A stretch of 32,000 bases of DNA from Nostoc punctiforme PCC 73102. Lineage in GTDB: Bacteria > Cyanobacteriota > Cyanobacteriia > Cyanobacteriales > Nostocaceae. Position numbers and translations under genes: made by a program. The stretch spans positions 3,660,001-3,692,000 of the forward strand of contig NC_010628.1 in assembly GCF_000020025.1 (NCBI RefSeq). The letters are read 5' to 3'. Positions 17,562 to 26,416 of this stretch are shown one piece after another (the stretch's first letter is position 1; every line of letters starts with the position of its first letter). Under the pieces are notes generated by a model. It saw only the letters and a program-made list of their open reading frames with translations, searched no databases and was not told the DNA's origin.

Positions 17562-17723
17562 GATCTCACTCCCTAGGGTTCCTCTCGCAGCATGAGCTAA
17601 TTACTAGATCAACGTGGGAATTGTAGCGAGATAATCTAAGCAAAAAATGAGGACGTTTAAAGAGCAATGCTTTTGTGAAAGCAGAGATAAGTGTTTCTAA
17701 ACGCAATTTAGTATCAGTATCTG

Positions 17724-17743
17724 CTCAGATTTTCCTTAGATTT
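17724..17743 (+). promoter_or_regulatory. Core of the shared motif CTCAGA-N4-CCTTAGATTT upstream of the membrane-protein/gnd/zwf genes
   Basis: CTCAGATTTTCCTTAGATTT matches groES CTCAGAAAGTCCTTAGATTT (22576-22595) at 17 of 20 positions and hspA CTCAGAAAGCCCTTAGATTT (26273-26292) at 16 of 20. It ends 115 bp upstream of ATG 17858. Confidence 0.4.
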
Positions 17744-17857
17744 GCCAACTAACGTTAGGGCAGATTCGTTAAGAAGATAAGGAAATGGGAAAAATTGGAC
17801 AAATCCTAGATTCAGGCTTGGTTAACTGATTCGTCTTTGTAGAGAGGTATAAGACCT

Positions 17858-18349
17858 ATGGTTAACAAAATTGTAACTACATTTGAACAAGACCATAACC
17901 GACCAGAATCAAAAGAATTTTATTGGAAACATTTTCTCTATAGTCTAGTTTGGCTGACGGTGCTAATGCTGGGATATGGAGGATTGGGATGGACTCTCTG
18001 GCTCGATCGCCATTTCTCGACGATTGCAATACCGATGTTCATTTTGACAATTGCCGCAGTCCGTGCCTGCATACTCACTGGCTTTCCCGTCTGGGCGGGA
18101 TTGTTATCTCTCACATTCGGTTTTGCATGGATTCTAACTGGAGCATCGATATCAAGCGGATTATTGGGCTGGGCAATAGCGATCGCTCTATCCTGGATTG
18201 GCATTTTTACCCTGGATATGGCATTAGACCAGTCCGTCGAAAATTTGCTGGAAATAGAGTTAAGTCGAACTGAGGTTTTCCTGATTCTAACAGCCGTCTG
18301 CCCTACTGGCGCTATTGCGGGATGGATACTCCCAATTTTTCTCACTTGA
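17858..18349 (+). CDS. Integral membrane protein, unknown function
   Basis: 163 aa with four or five hydrophobic segments. It ends 14 nt before the gnd-like start. Confidence 0.6.
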   Translation: MVNKIVTTFEQDHNRPESKEFYWKHFLYSLVWLTVLMLGYGGLGWTLWLDRHFSTIAIPMFILTIAAVRACILTGFPVWAGLLSLTFGFAWILTGASISSGLLGWAIAIALSWIGIFTLDMALDQSVENLLEIELSRTEVFLILTAVCPTGAIAGWILPIFLT

Positions 18350-18363
18350 ATACAGGGCATGTT

Positions 18364-19377
18364 ATGGAACTGGGAATGATAGGACTAGGACGAATGGGAG
18401 CTAACATGGCACACCGTCTAACCCAGGCTGGACATACCGTCATTGGCTACACTCGTCAGCCACAAAAAGCAGAGGTGCTGGTTCAGGAAGGAGCGATCGC
18501 CCGTGGTGTAACATCATTCGTTGAACTCATCGAAGCACTCACGCCACCCCGCGCCGTCTGGCTGATGCTACCCGCAGCGACAGTAGATGCTACCCTACAC
18601 ACTCTCATGCCGTTTCTAGACGCTGACGACATTATCATTGATGGTGGCAATTCTCACTACATTGATGACATTCGTCGTGCAGATCAATTAAAAGTCAAAG
18701 GAATTGAATACATTGATTGTGGAACTAGCGGTGGCATTTGGGGGGCAGAACGCGGCTACTGTCTCATGATTGGTGGTGCATTGGCGGTGGTGAAATATCT
18801 TGACCCCATCTTTGCAGCGCTGGCTCCTGGTGTATCAGCTGCACCGCGCACCCCTGGTCGTGAGTTAATGGGGGGAACAGCTGAACAGGGCTATTTGCAT
18901 TGTGGCTCTCACGGTGCAGGGCACTTTGTCAAAATGGTTCACAACGGCATTGAATACGGCATCATGGCAGCTTATGCCGAAGGGTTGAACATTCTTCACC
19001 ATGCTAATATTGGGAAACAATTGCATCAAATCGATGCTGAAACTGCTCCCTTACGAAATCCTGAATTTTACCAATACGACTTTAATCTTGCAGATATAGC
19101 AGAGGTATGGCAAAGGGGCAGCGTAATTAGCTCTTGGTTACTCGATTTAATCGCGATCGCCCTTCTCAAAGACCCCGACTTAGCCAACTTCGAGGGGCGC
19201 GTATCTGACTCTGGAGAAGGTCGATGGACACTAATGGCAGCCATTGAAGAAGGAGTTCCTGTTCCCGTCCTTAGTACAGCTCTCTACACACGATTTAGCT
19301 CTCGCGGTCAATCAGACTTTGCCAATAAACTCATTTCTGCGTTGCGCTACGAGTTCGGTGGGCATTTGGAAAAATGA
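18364..19377 (+). CDS. gnd: 6-phosphogluconate dehydrogenase, short decarboxylating type (YqeC/Gnd-like)
   Basis: Start chosen at MELGMIGLGRMGANMAHRL (Rossmann GxGxxG). Also GHFVKMVHNGIEYGIMAAYAEG and the C-terminal FGGH. The ORF track extends upstream to 18322, but that extension overlaps the preceding gene. Confidence 0.85.
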   Translation: MELGMIGLGRMGANMAHRLTQAGHTVIGYTRQPQKAEVLVQEGAIARGVTSFVELIEALTPPRAVWLMLPAATVDATLHTLMPFLDADDIIIDGGNSHYIDDIRRADQLKVKGIEYIDCGTSGGIWGAERGYCLMIGGALAVVKYLDPIFAALAPGVSAAPRTPGRELMGGTAEQGYLHCGSHGAGHFVKMVHNGIEYGIMAAYAEGLNILHHANIGKQLHQIDAETAPLRNPEFYQYDFNLADIAEVWQRGSVISSWLLDLIAIALLKDPDLANFEGRVSDSGEGRWTLMAAIEEGVPVPVLSTALYTRFSSRGQSDFANKLISALRYEFGGHLEK

Positions 19378-19467
19378 CACGGGGACACGGGGATTTTAAT
19401 CAGCTTTCTTCCTCTCTGCTCCCCTGCCCCCCTGCTTCCCCTCTTTGCGTCGATATGGAGGTTAATC

Positions 19468-20844
19468 ATGGCAGCTTTACTCTCCGATGCCCTGGTATTT
19501 TTTGGGATCACAAGTGATTTAGCCTACAAAAAAATCTTTCCTGCCTTACAGGCGATGATTCAACGCGGTCATTTTGACATTCCAATTATTGGAGTGGGTA
19601 GGCGAGATTGGAGCATCGAACAATTACAATCTTATGTGCGTAAGAGCCTGGAGGAACAGGCCAGCGTTGATGAGGCAGCTTTCCAGAAACTGTGTTCATT
19701 ACTTTACTATATTTTTGGTGATTATAGCGATCGCGCTACCTATGATAAATTATGCCAGGTACTCCAAATAGCTGAAGCTCCTCTGTATTACTTAGCCATT
19801 CCTCCCAGTTTGTTTGCGACGGTTGTCGAAGGGTTAGGTCAATCAAGTTGTGTAAAGAATGGTCGCGTTATGGTAGAAAAACCCTTTGGACGCGATCTAG
19901 AATCGGCTAGAATGCTGAACTGCATTCTGCACTCTATCTTTCCCGAAAGTCATATTTTTCGGATTGACCATTACTTGGGAAAAGAACCAGTCCAAAATCT
20001 TCTCTACACTCGCTTCGCCAATTCATTACTTGAACCGATTTGGCATCGCGTCAGTATTGCCAGTATCCAAATCACGATGGCTGAAAAATTTGGCATCGAT
20101 GCACGGGGACAGTTTTATGAAGAGACAGGCGCTATTCGGGATGTGGTGCAAAATCATCTACTTCAAGTGACGGCGTGTTTAATGATGGATCCGCCCATCA
20201 ACGAGCAGCATGAAGCCATCCGAGATGAAAGAGCGCGATTGCTCAAATCCATAGATCCAATCGAACCCTCAAATGTAGTGCGTGGACAGTACAAGGGCTA
20301 TGCCTCAGAACCTGGTGTAGCTCCTGATTCCAAAGTCGAAACCTTCGCGGCGGTCAAGCTCAACATTGATACTTGGCGCTGGGCTAGCGTTCCGATTTAC
20401 ATTCGTGCAGGCAAATGTTTACCGAGTACAACTACTGAAGTTGTGGTCAGGCTCAAGCGTCCGCCGCAGGATGTTTTTGGCGAGCGTGCCTTTGGATTAG
20501 CAAATTATTTCTACTTTCGTCTTAGTCCAAATGTGCTGACTGCGATCGGCATTCGCTCTAAAACCCCAGGCGACGGAATGGTGGGTAGCGAAGTCGGACT
20601 AGTCGCTCAAGTTGAGCATGGCAATGAGATGAATCCCTACGAGCGGCTTTTTGAAGATGCCATGAAAGGCGACTCCATGTTATTTGCTCGCCAGGATGAA
20701 GTAGAAGCACAGTGGCAAATTGTCGCTCCTATCCTAGATCGAGCAACCCCTGTTTACGAATACGCACCTCATACCTGGGGGCCTCCTTTAGCGGATCACA
20801 TGATTCCCCCAGATGGCGGTTGGCATAATCCTAATGCGACGTGA
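19468..20844 (+). CDS. zwf: Glucose-6-phosphate 1-dehydrogenase (short, divergent Zwf)
   Basis: 458 aa. Active-site nonapeptide RIDHYLGKE. Also EKPFG and IRDVVQNHLLQ. The N-terminal nucleotide motif is the variant GITSDLAYKKIFPAL. RBS GGAGG lies 6 nt upstream. Confidence 0.9.
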   Translation: MAALLSDALVFFGITSDLAYKKIFPALQAMIQRGHFDIPIIGVGRRDWSIEQLQSYVRKSLEEQASVDEAAFQKLCSLLYYIFGDYSDRATYDKLCQVLQIAEAPLYYLAIPPSLFATVVEGLGQSSCVKNGRVMVEKPFGRDLESARMLNCILHSIFPESHIFRIDHYLGKEPVQNLLYTRFANSLLEPIWHRVSIASIQITMAEKFGIDARGQFYEETGAIRDVVQNHLLQVTACLMMDPPINEQHEAIRDERARLLKSIDPIEPSNVVRGQYKGYASEPGVAPDSKVETFAAVKLNIDTWRWASVPIYIRAGKCLPSTTTEVVVRLKRPPQDVFGERAFGLANYFYFRLSPNVLTAIGIRSKTPGDGMVGSEVGLVAQVEHGNEMNPYERLFEDAMKGDSMLFARQDEVEAQWQIVAPILDRATPVYEYAPHTWGPPLADHMIPPDGGWHNPNAT

Positions 20845-20879
20845 TATCGTTGTACCGCGTTTTACTGTACGACGATGGT

Positions 20880-21626
20880 TTAATCGGAAATCATATCCAA
20901 GGGAGCCAACCAAATCTTATTAGCTATGTCGAGTAAACTTTTTGCTCGCTCCTCAATTTCTGGCACTCCCCAACTATTCTGCTGAAGAATCCAGCGGTTT
21001 AACTCAATATGAGTATTTTCGAGCTTAACTTTCTTCTCTAAAAATGGGAGGTTGCTCAATTCTGAGTTGTAACTAGTCAGAGTCAAGTTGCCAAATGTAC
21101 TAACCAGGGTGGTATGAACTTCTGCTTCGACTTCCTCCGTTAATTCCATACCTTTCAGCTTCGCCCTAGTAGCTGCATAAATGCCACCTTGCTTCATATC
21201 ATACCCATCCTTCATTATATAATGGCGAAGAAATTCGGTGAGGTTTGATTTAAGCATACTCTCAAGTGGAATCCAATATTTTGAGTAAACCCTTTCCTGC
21301 TCTCTGCCAGCAGAAATTGAGTGACGGAAGCGCATCAGCAGATAATTCCTCACTAAGTCAGCTTGGGTGAGTGGCTCGCCCTTGAAATTCAGACTTTCAA
21401 AAATTAAATACGGATCGTCATCATCACCAAGGTTGATCATCACAATTTGGAGACATTGTTCCAGGGTAATTAGCACTTTAGTCGGATCTATGGGATCGTC
21501 GTTAAGATCATTGCTTTTGGTCAGTTTGTCTTTAAAAAAGTGATAGGCAGCAGCCATGAGAACATCTTTGCTTTTTGGCGGAACCTGACGGTCAAGGGCA
21601 ATGGGCCAAGAACGCCGAGAATTCAT
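20880..21626 (-). pseudogene. Decayed GmrSD-like (DUF262/DUF1524) type IV restriction-family gene
   Basis: 248 aa where family members have roughly 550-700. It retains the mid-DUF262 region (DDPYLIFESLNFKGEPLTQADLVRNYLLM) and the DUF1524 tail (FGNLTLTSYNSELSNLPFLEKK). It lacks the N-terminal DGQQR region and the central catalytic part. Confidence 0.6.
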
Positions 21627-21796
21627 AGAGCGTGCGTAAGTCCTAAAACAGCTTAACGCTTGCCTTCAATGGCGATCGCAGTCTGTCCCCAGGAAGGCAT
21701 ATTTAGGCGCTTAACCATTGTTAATCTTGGTATTTGACAAAAAAGCGGAAGTAGCCCCCGCCCATTTTTCGATGCCGTTCCATCTATTTACTGAGT

Positions 21797-22246
21797 CTAC
21801 AGCAGCAAGTCAAAAATGCTGAAGGCGCGCTCCCACTGCATCGTCTGGGGGTTCTTGAGAGCAGGATCGATGATCTTGAAGGTGCGGGCAAGTGCCACAC
21901 TAAGTCCACCCACGATGTCTGAAAGCCGTGCCTCGGTCTCTTTACTGTAGTCCAGGTCGAGCAGTGGCCGCGTCGTCATGTAATCCAGTATGGGCTTTAG
22001 CTCAATCTCCTCGTTGATCTCCTTGAAGTTGTGAATTCTCTCCTCCAGTCCCTTTGTAATAGGTACATCAAAAGGTTCGATGATGTCGCGCCCGTTCGCC
22101 TTCGCCGTAGCCTGGCCACGAAGGAGAAGATCGTAGGTTTTATGATTGACGAAGTCGCTGTAACGCTTAAGGTCGTTCTTGTCCACGTCTAGACCTGCCA
22201 CAGTGCGGAAGAAGCGCTCGAACTTAGAAATACTGATTACTGACAT
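21797..22246 (-). CDS. DUF1931-like small protein (histone-fold-like), visibly GC-richer than its neighbours
   Basis: 149 aa. N-terminal SKFERFFRTVAGLDVDKNDLKRYSDFVNHKTYDLLLRGQATAKANGRDIIEPFDVPITKGL matches my recollection of the DUF1931 family. Third codon positions are G/C-rich, unlike flanking DNA. Confidence 0.55.
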   Translation of the reverse strand: MSVISISKFERFFRTVAGLDVDKNDLKRYSDFVNHKTYDLLLRGQATAKANGRDIIEPFDVPITKGLEERIHNFKEINEEIELKPILDYMTTRPLLDLDYSKETEARLSDIVGGLSVALARTFKIIDPALKNPQTMQWERAFSIFDLLL

Positions 22247-22566
22247 GATTTAAATCCTCTTTGAGAACATTAAACAACCTCAGTGTTTAACGGTTGAATT
22301 GAGCAGATGCTAATAACCTTGAACTTAGTACTGACGGCTCTCTTCAGTCCGCTCCAATGAGGTTTTATTTCAATACAGTTCGGTTAATAGTAGCCGCACC
22401 CTTTAGCCTGTGAACTAAATCTCACAACCAATCACATTTGCAGTGCTTTGCAACTCAGCCGATATCTGCAACTATCAGTACATCCCACCATCGTACTCAA
22501 TTAAGCTGAACCTCAACAGAAATTCTTGCACGCCCGGTTTTTGCCATACAACTGTTTTGCAACTTC

Positions 22567-22596
22567 CATGATTTCCTCAGAAAGTCCTTAGATTTT
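22567..22596 (+). promoter_or_regulatory. 30-bp motif shared with the hspA upstream region
   Basis: CATGATTTCCTCAGAAAGTCCTTAGATTTT versus CATAATTTCCTCAGAAAGCCCTTAGATTTC at 26265-26294: 27 of 30 identical. It ends 170 bp upstream of the groES ATG. Confidence 0.5.
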
Positions 22597-22694
22597 TTGG
22601 TTAAGGTAATAAGCACTGAGCAGTACCAATCAATATTTTTGACAAAAAAGGTAGGAGACATACTGCGGGGTACAGAAGAAAGATAACAAAAACC

Positions 22695-22724
22695 TTAGTT
22701 GTGGGTTTAAAGCCCACTCACTAA
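22695..22724. promoter_or_regulatory. Imperfect inverted repeat in the groES 5' region (CIRCE-like geometry, non-CIRCE sequence)
   Basis: TTAGTTGTGGG-TTTAAAG-CCCACTCACTAA. The arms match at 10 of 11 positions with one bulge. It ends 42 bp upstream of ATG 22766. Confidence 0.35.
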
Positions 22725-22813
22725 TGTACCTACAGCCTCCTGCCTTCTCAACAGGAGAATAGCCTATGGCAGCCGTATCGCTGAGTATTTCGACAGTAAA
22801 ACCATTGGGCGAT

Positions 22814-22834
22814 GTCTACGACGGGCTACGCCTA
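22814..22834. repeat. 21-bp in-frame SDR insertion in groES
   Basis: GTCTACGACGGGCTACGCCTA lies between GAT (Asp16) and CGC ATC TTT ATT. It would add VYDGLRL. It is related to other GCTACGC-type repeats in the window. Confidence 0.6.
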
Positions 22835-22847
22835 CGCATCTTTATTA

Positions 22848-23848
22848 GACTTGTCGGGAAATAAGAGAGAATAGACAGCAGTGGTAGGGAAGAATGATGC
22901 TGAATATTGAAGGTGCGCTGAAGCAAGACCGACTGTTGAGGGCATTAACTGGGTTGAACCGGAAAGCATTTGATGCCCTTTTGCCCACGTTTACCACGAT
23001 GTACCTAGATACTCAACAGGCCAAGCCTCGTCAACGTGGCCTGGGTGGAGGACGCAAAGCCCGCTTACTTACAGCCCAAGACAAATTGTTTTTCATCCTT
23101 TTCTATTTCAAATGTTATCCGACCTTTGATGTGGCGGGACTGCTCTTTGATATGCATCGCTCCCAGGCACATGAGTGGATGCATCGATTGCAGCCAATAT
23201 TAGAAGCGGCTTTGGGACAGAAGATGGCGCTGCCGGAACGCCATCTCGAAAGCATTGAAGCATTTTTGTCACGCTTTCCAGGAGTGCAACGAGTGATGAT
23301 TGATGGGACAGAACGCCCAATTGCGCGACCTCAAGAAAGAGAACAACAACAACAGAATTACTCCGGTAAAAAGAAACGTCATACGCGTAAACACTTGGCG
23401 GCAGTTGATGAAACCAAACGGGTCTTGATCTTAAGCAAAGCACGAGAAGGCAAACTGCATGACAAACGTTTTCATGACGAAGATGACATTGCAGGTAGTG
23501 TGCCTGATGAAATTCCGATTGAAGTAGACTCGGGCTTTCAGGGATTACAGAAGCAGTATGACAATCTCCATCTTCCTCACAAAAAGCCCAAAGGGGGCAA
23601 GTTAAGTGACCTTCAAAAAACGGAGAATCGTCAATTGAGTCAATCCCGTGTAGTTTGCGAAAATGCCTTTGCTGGTGTGAAGCGCTACAACGCCGCCAGT
23701 GTCATTTATCGTAATCGGATTGAAAACTTTGATGACCATTTGATGCTGACCGCAGCAGGATTATGGAACTTCTACTTGATGGCTGCTTAAGAGAATCCCA
23801 ATTACAAGACCAGCATTGCCTCACTTATCTTTTATTTCCCGACAACTC
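22848..23848 (+). mobile_element. IS5-family (DDE_Tnp_4 / Harbinger-like) insertion sequence
   Basis: 1001 bp. Inverted repeats GACTTGTCGGGAAATAAGAGA and the reverse complement GAGTTGTCGGGAAATAAAAGA. Direct repeat TATTA at 22843-22847 and 23849-23853 (minimally TTA). Confidence 0.85.
22897..23790 (+). CDS. IS5-family transposase (HTH_Tnp_4 + DDE_Tnp_4 type)
   Basis: About 297 aa, apparently intact. N-terminal [17 protein letters not shown] (HTH). Also IDGTERPI...[11 protein letters not shown]...DSGFQG...[22 protein letters not shown]. Confidence 0.85.
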   Translation: MLNIEGALKQDRLLRALTGLNRKAFDALLPTFTTMYLDTQQAKPRQRGLGGGRKARLLTAQDKLFFILFYFKCYPTFDVAGLLFDMHRSQAHEWMHRLQPILEAALGQKMALPERHLESIEAFLSRFPGVQRVMIDGTERPIARPQEREQQQQNYSGKKKRHTRKHLAAVDETKRVLILSKAREGKLHDKRFHDEDDIAGSVPDEIPIEVDSGFQGLQKQYDNLHLPHKKPKGGKLSDLQKTENRQLSQSRVVCENAFAGVKRYNAASVIYRNRIENFDDHLMLTAAGLWNFYLMAA

Positions 23849-24268
23849 TATTAAGGTCGCGCAAGCGGAAGAAAAAACTGCTGGGGGAATTTTATTGCCC
23901 GACACCGCCAAAGAAAAGCCACAGATTGGAGAAGTGGTGCAAGTCGGCCCGGGGAAGCGTAATGAGGATGGATCTCGTCAGCCAATGGAAGTGAAAATTG
24001 GCGAGCGAGTTCTCTATTCCAGATATGCCGGAACCGACATTAAACTCGGTAGCGAAGAATACGTGTTGTCTGAAAAAGATGTCCTGGCGATCGTGGAGTA
24101 AGCAGCTTTCAAAGGGACTGAGTATTGGGGAAAAGATAGCAGGGGGAGCAGGGGGAGATAAAACTCCTAACTCTTGTACAGACGCGATTTATCGCGTCTC
24201 TATTCAGCACTACTGAAAACATCCTAATTAAAATTAACAAGATTAAAATTAACAAAGACAACATTTCT

Positions 24269-25906
24269 ATGGCAAAGACAATTCTGTACAAGGATACGGC
24301 CCGTTGGACATTGGAAAAAGGCTTTGACGCTCTGACCGAAGCCGTCGCTGTCACCCTCGGTCCCAAAGGTCGGAATATAGTTTTGGAGAAAAAATTTGGC
24401 GCTCCTCAAATCGTCAATGATGGAGTAACTATTGCCAAAGAAATTGAACTAGAAGATCCCGCTGAGAATACCGGGATTTCCTTGCTACGTCAAGCAGCCT
24501 CCAAGACAAACGATGTCGCGGGTGACGGAACCACCACTGCAATTGTGCTGGCTCACGCGATGCTTAAAGAAGGGCTACGCAACGTTACGGCTGGTGCCGA
24601 TCCCCTGACGGTGAAACGGGGGATTGATAAAGCTACGGAATTCGTCATCGAAAAAATTAAAGAACACGCCCGTCCAATTAAAGATTCTAGGGACATTGAG
24701 CAGGTTGCAACCATTTCAGCGGGTAATGACCCCGAAGTGGGTCGGATTGTGGCTGAGGCGATGGAAAGAGTGGGCAAAGAAGGTGTAATCTCTTTAGAAG
24801 AAGGCAGATCCACAACGACTGAACTGGAAGTCACTGAAGGAATGCGCTTTGATAGAGGGTACGTTTCGCCTTACTTTGTGACTGATCCAGAGCGAATGGA
24901 GGCAGTGCTGGAAGAATCCCACATTTTAATCACCGATCGCAAGATTACAATGGTTCAAGATTTAGTGCCGATTCTGGAGCAAATTGCTCGGACAGGCAAA
25001 CCCCTACTAATCATTGCGGATGACATTGAAAAAGAAGCCTTGGCAACTTTAGTTGTCAACCATTTGCGCGGTGTGTTGCGAGTCGCGGCGGTGAAGGCTC
25101 CCGGCTTTGGCGCTCAACGTAAAGCCATGCTGGAAGACATCGCGGCGCTCACAGGTGGTCAGGTGATTAGCGAAGATACGGGCTTGAAGCTAGAAAATGT
25201 CAGGTTAGAAATGCTTGGTAAAGCCCGGCGAGCGATCGTTACCAAAGACGACACAACCATCGTGGCAGAAGGCAACGAAGAAGCTGTCAAAGCTCGCATC
25301 GAACAAATTCGTCGCCAAATCCAAGAAGTTGAATCCTCCTACGATAAGGAAAAACTGCAACAACGGCTGGCGAAACTGGCAGGTGGTGTCGCGGTGATTA
25401 AGGTCGGTGCTGCCACCGAAACTGAACTCAAAGACCGCAAGCTACGTCTAGAAGATGCAATTAATGCCACTAAAGCCGCAGTTGAAGAAGGAATTGTGCC
25501 CGGTGGCGGTACAACAATAGCACACATTGCTCCCCAGCTTGAGGAATGGGCAAAGAGCCAAATGAAGGATGAAGAGTTGACGGGCACTATGATTGTGGCT
25601 CGCGCCCTTCATGCTCCACTACGTCGCATTGCTGATAATGCTGGTGCTAATGGTGCGGTGATTATGGAGCGCGTCCGTGAACTGCCCTTTGATGAAGGAT
25701 ACGATGCCGTTGCTAATAAATTTGTGAATATGTTCGAGGCGGGCATTGTCGATCCAGCGAAGGTGACTCGTAGTGCTTTGCAGAATGCTGCATCTATTGG
25801 TGGTATGGTGCTGACCACTGAGGGTGTTGTGGTAGAAAAACCTGACAAGCAGGCGAAAGCGCCAGCTGGTGTCGGCCCTGGCCCTGGCGAAGGCTTCGAT
25901 TATTGA
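24269..25906 (+). CDS. groEL: Chaperonin GroEL (60 kDa)
   Basis: 545 aa. [15 protein letters not shown]-type N-terminus, DGTTTA, GGG..., and the C-terminal tail ...[10 protein letters not shown]. Full length with no disruptions. Confidence 0.95.
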   Translation: MAKTILYKDTARWTLEKGFDALTEAVAVTLGPKGRNIVLEKKFGAPQIVNDGVTIAKEIELEDPAENTGISLLRQAASKTNDVAGDGTTTAIVLAHAMLKEGLRNVTAGADPLTVKRGIDKATEFVIEKIKEHARPIKDSRDIEQVATISAGNDPEVGRIVAEAMERVGKEGVISLEEGRSTTTELEVTEGMRFDRGYVSPYFVTDPERMEAVLEESHILITDRKITMVQDLVPILEQIARTGKPLLIIADDIEKEALATLVVNHLRGVLRVAAVKAPGFGAQRKAMLEDIAALTGGQVISEDTGLKLENVRLEMLGKARRAIVTKDDTTIVAEGNEEAVKARIEQIRRQIQEVESSYDKEKLQQRLAKLAGGVAVIKVGAATETELKDRKLRLEDAINATKAAVEEGIVPGGGTTIAHIAPQLEEWAKSQMKDEELTGTMIVARALHAPLRRIADNAGANGAVIMERVRELPFDEGYDAVANKFVNMFEAGIVDPAKVTRSALQNAASIGGMVLTTEGVVVEKPDKQAKAPAGVGPGPGEGFDY

Positions 25907-25919
25907 GGAGACTGGGTAT

Positions 25920-26200
25920 TGGGGAGCAAGTCGCGTGCAAAGAGAAGTGCGGTCTTTGGGAGACACTGCGTTGCGGAGGTTCCCTCCGTTGTAGCAAGTG
26001 TCGTCTTTGCCCCTTCGGGTGACGCTCCTGCGTCGCTAACGCTACGCTAACGGAAGTTTCAACTCGACGGGAACCGGAGCCACATCCTCCACTTGGGGAG
26101 ACCCCAAGTGGAGGATGTGGCATCCAAGACTTGAACTTCCTCACCAAGTGGAGCAACTTCGGAGGGTTTCCCCCGTTGAGCGAACTGGCGTAACTGAGAA
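25920..26200. repeat. Cluster of nested SDRs between groEL and hspA, including a perfect 19-bp hairpin
   Basis: Contains copies of at least three repeat families also seen at 7714-7767, 11075-11236, 12995-13050 and 16522-16583. The hairpin is CCACATCCTCCACTTGGGG-aga-CCCCAAGTGGAGGATGTGG (26080-26120). Confidence 0.75.
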
Positions 26201-26264
26201 AGGTTAAAGGGAAGTTATTTGTTTTTCCCCTTACAATTTTGCCTTGTCCCAATCCCCAATCATC

Positions 26265-26294
26265 ATAATTTCCTCAGAAAGCCCTTAGATTTCT
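26265..26294 (+). promoter_or_regulatory. 30-bp motif shared with the groES upstream region
   Basis: CATAATTTCCTCAGAAAGCCCTTAGATTTC ends 123 bp upstream of the hspA ATG. It is followed immediately by the small inverted repeat CTCTAT-agtgtca-ATAGAG. Confidence 0.5.
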
Positions 26295-26416
26295 TCTCTA
26301 TAGTGTCAATAGAGTTCAGCACTGGAAGATAGTAACGCTGTTTCAGCAACTGACAAAACCCAGTCTAATGCAGAATTCTAAACACTCAAGTATAGATCAT
26401 CAGGAGACTTAAAATT

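Larger units (their letters stand above)
22766..24101 (+). pseudogene. groES: groES split by a 21-bp SDR and a 1-kb IS
   Basis: RBS AGGAG plus MAAVSLSISTVKPLGD (22766-22813). Then a 21-bp insert, then RIFI (22835-22847), then the IS (22848-23848). After the duplicated TATTA, the sequence continues [29 protein letters not shown]...VLAIVE to the stop at 24101. Removing both inserts restores an in-frame GroES. Confidence 0.85.

Noticed and set aside
22695-22724. Possible CIRCE (HrcA operator) upstream of groES.
   Set aside because: Only the outer TTAG...CTAA bases and the arm-spacer geometry resemble CIRCE. The arm cores (TTGTGGG/CCCACTC) do not match TTAGCACTC-N9-GAGTGCTAA. I kept it only as an unclassified inverted repeat.
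25794-26252. 152-aa minus-strand ORF spanning the groEL 3' end and the groEL-hspA spacer.
   Set aside because: It is made almost entirely of stop-free dispersed repeat DNA plus antisense groEL sequence, and its sequence is not protein-like.
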